From Parabacteroides sp. (GTDB lineage: Bacteria > Bacteroidota > Bacteroidia > Bacteroidales > Tannerellaceae), in contig JAFUOJ010000018.1 in assembly GCA_017481945.1 (NCBI GenBank), positions 58,744-122,743 of the forward strand: a DNA stretch of 64,000 nt. The letters run 5' to 3'. This document shows, piece by piece, positions 57,809 through 64,000 of this stretch. The stretch's first letter is position 1; every line of letters starts with the position of its first letter. The position numbers were made by a program, and so were the translations under genes. The notes beneath the pieces were generated by a model. The model was not told where the DNA came from and made no database searches. It saw only the letters and a list, made by a program, of their open reading frames with translations.

Positions 57809-60673
57809 ATGAAGTCATTTACGTGTTGCTCTTATCAATCCTTTGCGGAGGATTTGGGTATGCTGAAAGTAGTAGAGTGCAAGCTCGAAAACGGACTGAC
57901 CGTCTGGCTGAACGAAGACCATAGCCAGCCGAAGGTGTTCGGGGCTGTCGTGGTGAAGGCCGGAGCGAAGGATTGTCCGGATACGGGGATTGCACATTAC
58001 TTTGAACACATGATGTTTAAAGGGACAGATCGTATCGGAACGTTGAACTACGAAGCCGAGAAGCTCCTCTTGGACGCTATCGCCAAGAAATACGACGAAC
58101 TGGCGCAGACGGAGGACGAGAAGGAGCGGGCACGCTTGCAGAGCGAGATCAACGAGCTGAACATCCGCTCATCGGAGTACGTGATCCCTAACGAGTTTAA
58201 CCGACTGATCAACCGCTTCGGAGGGTCCGACCTGAATGCAGCGACCTCTTACGACGCAACGATATACTTCAATACCTTCTCACCGCAGTATATGGCCCAG
58301 TGGGCAGAGATTAATAGCGAACGGCTGGTGAACCCCGTATTCCGCCTCTTCCAAAACGAGCTGGAGACGGTCTATGAAGAGAAGAATATGTATGGAGACT
58401 TCATCGGAGGGAAGATCATGGAGGTACTGTTGGCACGCTACTTCGGATCCCACCCTTATGCCTATCCGATTATAGGTAGCACGAAGAACCTGAAGAATCC
58501 GAGTCTGACTGCTATGCGCAAGTTCTTTGAAGACTACTACGTAGCCTCCAACATGGCGTTGATACTAAGCGGCGACTTCGACTCAGCGGAGGTGCTGCCC
58601 ATTCTGAGAAAGACCTTTGCCCGAATCCCGGCAGGACCGGCGCCGGAGAAGCCGAAGGTCGATCTGCTTCCCTTCAAAGGGAAAGAGACGATGACGGTGA
58701 AGTTCCCGATACCCTTCATCAAAGGGATGGTGTTAGGCTTCCGAGGACTACCGGCTAACCACGAAGATCAGGTGGCGTTGAATATCGCCGTAAACCTCCT
58801 GAACAATGCCAACGGGACGGGCTACTTGGACAAACTGATGGTCGAGCACAAGCTGCTGGGAGCGGTCGCAATCAACGAAAGCATGAACGACACCGGTATC
58901 CTGGCAATCGCAGTCATGCCCAAGCTGATACTGCAGTCCTATTCCCATGCCGAAGCGATGGTGTGGAACGAAATAGACCGTATCAAGCAGGGAGACTTTA
59001 CGGAGGAGCAGTTCGACAGCTTGAAGTTGGAACAGAAGCGGTCGTACGCCTCTGCGCTGGAGAATATAGACTCCCGTGCGACAGTGATGATGAATCTCTT
59101 CTCGCAGGGAAAGCATTGGAGCGACTACTTGGACGAGGTGACCCGAATCGAGGCAATCACGAAAGAGGATGTCGTGAGAGTCGCCCAGAAGTATTTCACT
59201 ACAAGCTACCTGTGTGCGACAAAGAATACGGGTAAGTATCCGAAGGATGATCTGCCCAAGCCGGCCTTTAAGCCCGTTATACCCCGGAACGCAGAAGCCT
59301 CCTCGGAGTATGCGAAAGAGCTGGAGAAGTTGCCGGAGCTGACCGTTACTCCCCGCTTCATCGACTTCGAGAAGGATGTACAGACAATGGTGCTGACACC
59401 GTTGGTCACACTCTACAAAACGCAGAACCCGTTGAACGACATCTTTACGTTCAACATCTCCTACGGGATAGGCTTCTTGGAGCAACCGGAGTTGACACAG
59501 TTAGTCAGCTATTTGCAGTTCTTAGGGACGGAGTCTATGCCGTACGAACAGTTACGGAATCGCCTGCAGTCGTTAGGAAGCACGTTTGCCTTCGACGTAA
59601 CGGCAGACACTTTCACTATGCGGGTGACCGGGTTCGACAATCGTATAGACGAAACGCTGGAAGTCGTGGGCGAATTTATTCGTCACGCGCAGGCAGACGA
59701 TAAGAAGTTACGCCAGATTGTGGATGAAGCCAAGGTTACAGAAAAGGCCTTTTTCAAGTCCGGCGATAATGTGGCGTCAGCACTGTTGGAGAAGGTTAAG
59801 TATGGCGACCGGTCTCGCTATCTCCGCAAACTCTCTTTGTCACAGATTAAGAAGTTGAAAGGGGAGGAGCTGCTGGCGGTGTATGAGAAAGCGAGAAGCA
59901 TATCCTGTGATATACACTATTGTGGCACGTTGCCTTTGGAAGAGCTGGTAGAGTCCGTACGTCAGCACATACCGTTGGAGCAGGTGACAGTTGCTTCTAA
60001 CTCACCTTTCCACCGAGAGCTACAGTCATACGACAAACCTACGGTCTTCTTTATGAACATGCCGGATATGACACAGAGTATAGTCTATAGCTATGTGAAA
60101 GGCGATCCGGTTGAGGACGAAAAGGCTCGTCATGCTTCCCGACTCTTCTCTGCCTATTTCGGCGGTGATATGTCCTCTTTAATGTTCCAAGAGATACGTG
60201 AGTTCCGCTCATTTGCCTACCGGACCAGCGGACGCTTCTTCTTACCGAATCATGCGCATAAGAAGGAGGTCGGATGTTTTACTACCATGCTCTCGACGCA
60301 GAGTGATAAGACCTTGGACGCATTAGGTGTCCTGCACTCGTTGATTCAAGATATGCCGTTGAAAGCGGAGCGGGTAGAAGCGTTGAAACTAATGCTCCGA
60401 AATCAAAAGAACAACGATTATCCCCCCTTCCGTACGCTGTCAGAGAAAGTAGCCTCTTTTCGAAAAGAGGGCTTCGATAGTGATCCGGCAAAAGAGATGT
60501 TGGAGGATATCGCGACTATGGGCATTGAAGACATCTTCCACTTCTATCAGGAGCAGATAAGCGGACGTCCGGTTGTGTATGCGATTGCAGGGAATCAGAA
60601 AAAGATTGATATGAAGAAGTTGGCCGAATACGGTACAATTATTAATGTAAAAAGGAAAGAGATATATAAATAA
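57809..60673 (+). CDS. M16 family (insulinase) zinc peptidase
   Basis: GIAHYFEHMMFKGT inverted zinc motif, LNAATSYD, VYEE, HPY; TATCTTTG promoter at 57752. Confidence 0.92.
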   Translation: MKSFTCCSYQSFAEDLGMLKVVECKLENGLTVWLNEDHSQPKVFGAVVVKAGAKDCPDTGIAHYFEHMMFKGTDRIGTLNYEAEKLLLDAIAKKYDELAQTEDEKERARLQSEINELNIRSSEYVIPNEFNRLINRFGGSDLNAATSYDATIYFNTFSPQYMAQWAEINSERLVNPVFRLFQNELETVYEEKNMYGDFIGGKIMEVLLARYFGSHPYAYPIIGSTKNLKNPSLTAMRKFFEDYYVASNMALILSGDFDSAEVLPILRKTFARIPAGPAPEKPKVDLLPFKGKETMTVKFPIPFIKGMVLGFRGLPANHEDQVALNIAVNLLNNANGTGYLDKLMVEHKLLGAVAINESMNDTGILAIAVMPKLILQSYSHAEAMVWNEIDRIKQGDFTEEQFDSLKLEQKRSYASALENIDSRATVMMNLFSQGKHWSDYLDEVTRIEAITKEDVVRVAQKYFTTSYLCATKNTGKYPKDDLPKPAFKPVIPRNAEASSEYAKELEKLPELTVTPRFIDFEKDVQTMVLTPLVTLYKTQNPLNDIFTFNISYGIGFLEQPELTQLVSYLQFLGTESMPYEQLRNRLQSLGSTFAFDVTADTFTMRVTGFDNRIDETLEVVGEFIRHAQADDKKLRQIVDEAKVTEKAFFKSGDNVASALLEKVKYGDRSRYLRKLSLSQIKKLKGEELLAVYEKARSISCDIHYCGTLPLEELVESVRQHIPLEQVTVASNSPFHRELQSYDKPTVFFMNMPDMTQSIVYSYVKGDPVEDEKARHASRLFSAYFGGDMSSLMFQEIREFRSFAYRTSGRFFLPNHAHKKEVGCFTTMLSTQSDKTLDALGVLHSLIQDMPLKAERVEALKLMLRNQKNNDYPPFRTLSEKVASFRKEGFDSDPAKEMLEDIATMGIEDIFHFYQEQISGRPVVYAIAGNQKKIDMKKLAEYGTIINVKRKEIYK

Positions 60674-61128
60674 TGTATAGTAAAGACGAACTGAGAAACC
60701 TGAAAACGGAGTTTTGGGAAAGTTTCGCCGCGTTCTGCGAAGTACAGCCTTATTTGAGGAGACGTAGGAAAATGTGGACGCTCTATAATACGAAGGTGAA
60801 AGGTGTCGAACTAAAGTTTGACGCGACTCGTGAAGGAGCATTTGTTATCTTGGAAGTGAACCATCGCAACGAGACGGAACGGTTAGAAATGTTTGAGCGT
60901 CTGACCTGGTATAAAGAGACGTTAGAGAAGAATTTCCCGGACGGTTTGATTTGGGACATTTGCTACATTCGTGAAACCGGTAAGCAGGTCGCCCGTATCT
61001 ATGTCTCTAAGTTGGGCATAGACTTCCACCGTCGGGAAGACTGGGGAGAATTCTTCCAGTTTATGGCAAGGCAGATGTATCAGTTAGAACGTAACTTCAT
61101 GTCTATTGCAGAGTATTTACGCGAGTAG
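60673..61128 (+). CDS. DUF4268-like protein
   Basis: FWESF..., YNTKVKGVELKF, ARIYV, DWGEFFQF. Confidence 0.72.
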   Translation: MYSKDELRNLKTEFWESFAAFCEVQPYLRRRRKMWTLYNTKVKGVELKFDATREGAFVILEVNHRNETERLEMFERLTWYKETLEKNFPDGLIWDICYIRETGKQVARIYVSKLGIDFHRREDWGEFFQFMARQMYQLERNFMSIAEYLRE

Positions 61129-61143
61129 ATCACACAAAGTACC

Positions 61144-63693
61144 ATGAAAAGAAAGAATCTGAAATACGTATTAGGGATAACGGCGGTTGGATTATGGATG
61201 GCCTGCGGAAGTCTGACCACAGACGCTGTTCTGCGGCAGGCAGGTGTCAGTAAAGAACTGGCTGAGTTTCGGAAAGCACATTTTCAAGAGGTCAGGTACC
61301 GTCTTTTCTTCTCAATTCCGGAAGAACGTCAAAAGGCAGTTACCGGGAAGGTGGATATTACGCTTTCCATAGAGGAAAAGCAACCTCTTATCATAGACTT
61401 TCGAGGAGAAGCAGGGCAGATAGCCTCTGTACGACTGAATGACGAGGAGGTTCCTTATACGGTAAAGGATGAACATATTATAATAGAAAGGGAACATGTG
61501 AAACAGGGAGAGAATCGAGTGACAATCTCCTTTACAGCGCATGATCAATCCTTGAATCGTCGGGATGAATTCCTATATACCTTGTTAGTACCCGACCGTG
61601 CCCGGACACTTTTTCCTTGCTTTGATCAGCCGGATTTGAAAGCTCTGTTTACCCTGTCGTTAGAGCTTCCCGCTTCTTGGTTGGCCGTAGCTAATGGAGC
61701 AGTAGAGCAAGTAGATTCCTTATCTATACCGGGACGGAAAGTTGTTACGTTTCGAGAAACAGAACCGTTGAGTACCTATCTTTTCTCTTTTGTGGCAGGT
61801 GAATTAAAACAAGAAACCTATTCACGAAAGGGACGGGACATCTCCATTTACCATCGGGAAACAGATCCTAAAAAGATTGCTCAGTGTCCCGATATTGCCG
61901 CAGAGGTCTTTGACGCTTTGGAATGGCAGGAAGCCTATACGCAGATTCCTTATCCTTTTGCTAAATATGATTTGATTATTTTGCCGGGCTTCCAGTTTGG
62001 AGGAATGGAGCATACAGGAGCGACTTTGTATACCGATAGCAGAATGTTCCTGAACGAAAACCCGACATTGAATGAGCGATTATCACGCAGCTCTTTAATA
62101 ACGCACGAAACTTCTCACATGTGGTTCGGTGATTTTGTGACGATGGAGTGGTTCAATGATGTCTGGACAAAGGAAGTTTTTGCTAATTATTATGCTTCGC
62201 AGATGGTGGAACCACAGTTCCCGGAAGTGAATCATGCACTAAGTTTCATGTTGGATTATATTCCGGCTGCTTATGCAGAAGATCGTACAGCAGGAGCGAA
62301 TCCAATTAAGCAGAAGTTGGATAACCTGCGAGACGCTGGGTTGATGTATGGTAATATTATTTATGACAAGTCTCCGGTCGTGATGGCTATGCTGATTCGG
62401 ATGATAGGGAAGGAGGCTTTTCGAGAAGGGATTCAAGCCTATTTGAAGATTTATGCTTATGGAAATGCGACATGGGATGGCTTGATTTCAATCTTGGATA
62501 AGTATACGGATAAGGATTTAAAGGCATGGAGTCATGTTTGGGTAAATGAACCAGGTATGCCGGAGATTCATTCGAAGATAGAAGGGGATAGCTTGCTAAT
62601 TACGCAGACTGATTCTAAAGGAAGAGGTTTGTGCTGGCCTCAAACAATCACCTACTTGATTGCTTCAGAAACCGCTGCCGATACAATTACAATTGCGTTA
62701 CCATCGGATTCAAATTCCATAGGCAGGGAAATAAAATTTCCTCGGCAGGAAAATTCTGTACTGATACCGAATATAGATGGAACGAGTTATGGCTTTTTCC
62801 GTATTACAGATAGAAAAGAGGCTGCGGGTTGGGTGTCGGTATTAAAACGTACACAAGATGAGGTCCTACGCGGATCGCTTCTGATTTCTTTGTATGAGAA
62901 TCTGTTGAACCGAACAATACCGGCAGATTGGTATATGGACGCTATGTTGGACTATTTGCCTATGGAGAAAAATCCATTACTGTTCTCTGCGGCTTTAGGT
63001 TATATAGGAAATTGCCAGCATATATATCCGGTTCAACCCGAGAAATTAGAGGCGGTACTATGGACACTGGTAACAACTGCGGAGCAACCTCAACAACGGT
63101 TATTGGCATTTCGTTACTATCGTTCGATTGCTCGGACTCCGGAAGCTGTTCAACGTTTATATAGGTTATGGAAAGAACAACAAGCTCCAAGCGGTTGTTC
63201 TTTGAGTGAGAATGATTATATAAATCTTTCTTATCAATTGGCTATACTATTACCGGAACAGGCAGATGATATTGTAACGATTCAGCAGACTCGTATTTCC
63301 AATCCAGACCGCCGCCGACAGTATGCTTTTATTTCTCCCTCTGTTTCTCCTCGGAAAGAGGTTCGGGACAGTGTCTTTAATGCTTTGTTGAATGCAGAGA
63401 ACCGTAGAGTGGAACCGTGGGCTGCGACAGCATTGTCAAACCTAAATAGTTCGCTACGTCAGAGAGAGGCTATAGGGTATATTCGACCTGCTTTAGAAAA
63501 ATTACAGGAGATACAACAGACCGGAGATATTTTCTTTCCTCGTAATTGGACAAATGCTTTATTGAAAGGACACACATCGGTGGAGGCCCGAAAAGAGGTG
63601 GAGAATTTCTTTACAGCTCATCCTGATTATCCGGTACTGTTGTCGAATAAGATACGTCAACAAGCTGACCACTTGTATCGATTGGCTGATTAG
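61144..63693 (+). CDS. M1 family aminopeptidase (lipoprotein)
   Basis: FPCFDQPD, GGMEH, HETSH-x18-E, IYDK; lipobox MAC. Confidence 0.92.
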   Translation: MKRKNLKYVLGITAVGLWMACGSLTTDAVLRQAGVSKELAEFRKAHFQEVRYRLFFSIPEERQKAVTGKVDITLSIEEKQPLIIDFRGEAGQIASVRLNDEEVPYTVKDEHIIIEREHVKQGENRVTISFTAHDQSLNRRDEFLYTLLVPDRARTLFPCFDQPDLKALFTLSLELPASWLAVANGAVEQVDSLSIPGRKVVTFRETEPLSTYLFSFVAGELKQETYSRKGRDISIYHRETDPKKIAQCPDIAAEVFDALEWQEAYTQIPYPFAKYDLIILPGFQFGGMEHTGATLYTDSRMFLNENPTLNERLSRSSLITHETSHMWFGDFVTMEWFNDVWTKEVFANYYASQMVEPQFPEVNHALSFMLDYIPAAYAEDRTAGANPIKQKLDNLRDAGLMYGNIIYDKSPVVMAMLIRMIGKEAFREGIQAYLKIYAYGNATWDGLISILDKYTDKDLKAWSHVWVNEPGMPEIHSKIEGDSLLITQTDSKGRGLCWPQTITYLIASETAADTITIALPSDSNSIGREIKFPRQENSVLIPNIDGTSYGFFRITDRKEAAGWVSVLKRTQDEVLRGSLLISLYENLLNRTIPADWYMDAMLDYLPMEKNPLLFSAALGYIGNCQHIYPVQPEKLEAVLWTLVTTAEQPQQRLLAFRYYRSIARTPEAVQRLYRLWKEQQAPSGCSLSENDYINLSYQLAILLPEQADDIVTIQQTRISNPDRRRQYAFISPSVSPRKEVRDSVFNALLNAENRRVEPWAATALSNLNSSLRQREAIGYIRPALEKLQEIQQTGDIFFPRNWTNALLKGHTSVEARKEVENFFTAHPDYPVLLSNKIRQQADHLYRLAD
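62710..62753 (+). repeat. Degenerate two-unit copy of the 22-bp palindromic repeat inside the aminopeptidase CDS
   Basis: 33/44 identity to reverse complement of 47555..47598, incl. exact CATAGGCAGGGAA; second unit keeps palindrome TTTCC-N6-GGAAA. Confidence 0.6.
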
Positions 63694-63758
63694 TTAGGAA
63701 AAACAAGGCGGTTACTCTAATCTTTTGTAAGTTTTATTTGTCAATTCAATAATTATTG

Positions 63759-63766
63759 TAACTTTG
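63759..63766 (+). promoter_or_regulatory. his operon promoter -7 element
   Basis: TAACTTTG with TTTG at 63737..63740. Confidence 0.65.
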
Positions 63767-63786
63767 CAGCGTAAAAATAAGGAAAA

Positions 63787-63837
63787 ATGAAAAGAATAGT
63801 TTTACATCATCACCATCATCATTACAACGAGCAATAG
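63787..63837 (+). CDS. hisL: his operon leader peptide MKRIVLHHHHHHYNEQ
   Basis: Six consecutive His codons upstream of hisG; too short for the ORF track. Confidence 0.92.
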   Translation: MKRIVLHHHHHHYNEQ

Positions 63838-63882
63838 TTCGGTGGGCTGTGTAGTGTGTTAAAACCTAAGAAATAAAAGAGT

Positions 63883-63918
63883 AAGGCTTACCGTTCTGCG
63901 GTAAGCCTTCTTTGTTTT
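63883..63918 (+). terminator. his attenuator terminator
   Basis: AAGGCTTACCG-ttctg-CGGTAAGCCTT then CTTTGTTTT; alternative pairing partner CGGTGGGCT at 63840..63848. Confidence 0.88.
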
Positions 63919-63943
63919 AGAAAATAGATAAAAAGAAATAGAT

Positions 63944-64000
63944 ATGTTACGTATTGCTGTACAATCAAAAGGTCGTCTTTACGATGAGACAATGCTTCTA
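63944..64000 (+). CDS. hisG: ATP phosphoribosyltransferase (5' part only)
   Basis: MLRIAVQSKGRLYDETMLL; follows His leader/attenuator. Confidence 0.9.
   Translation, partial: MLRIAVQSKGRLYDETMLL

Noticed and set aside
57809-57870. M16 peptidase as a pseudogene lacking a signal peptide
   Set aside because: ORF is intact over 954 aa with catalytic HxxEH; no upstream frameshifted signal peptide visible
58748-59485. 245-aa antisense ORF
   Set aside because: Shadow of the M16 peptidase in GC-rich codon context; same for 57094..57462 and 16390..16848
1-64000. tRNA, rRNA, IS transposases, prophage genes
   Set aside because: None recognised by eye; a covariance-model search was not possible

Overview
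Bacteroidales (Parabacteroides-like) chromosome, inferred from TAnnTTTG promoters and gene content. Bases 1 to ~21,120 are the right-hand part of an integrative mobilizable element inserted at the 3' end of mnmE (trmE). Its backbone is a Zn-finger/HTH regulator, tyrosine integrase, excisionase-like HTH, AAA ATPase, putative oriT, MobC and relaxase. Its cargo is a defence cluster: a type I R-M system whose hsdS C-terminal TRD cassettes are bounded by two families of DIRECT repeats around a tyrosine recombinase (an excision/reintegration-type shufflon), a fused ABC-ATPase/TOPRIM (PARIS AriAB-like) gene inside the excisable segment, hsdR, a GmrSD-like type IV nuclease, a PrrC/RloC-like ABC-ATPase/HEPN protein, and rhuM. 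Bases ~21.1-64 kb are mostly core genes: mnmE, aspA, gal cluster, gtrAB-like pair, potABCD, a preQ1-riboswitch-led queuosine precursor transporter, LytS/LytTR pair, cysK, isochorismate synthase, tandem mscS, peptidases, and the his attenuator plus the start of hisG. The core region also has three different 22-23-bp-period palindromic mini-arrays. One family appears translated in the same frame inside two unrelated enzymes. A marked GC-rich patch lies at ~55.7-59.6 kb. All calls are by-eye motif recognition; no database searches were run.
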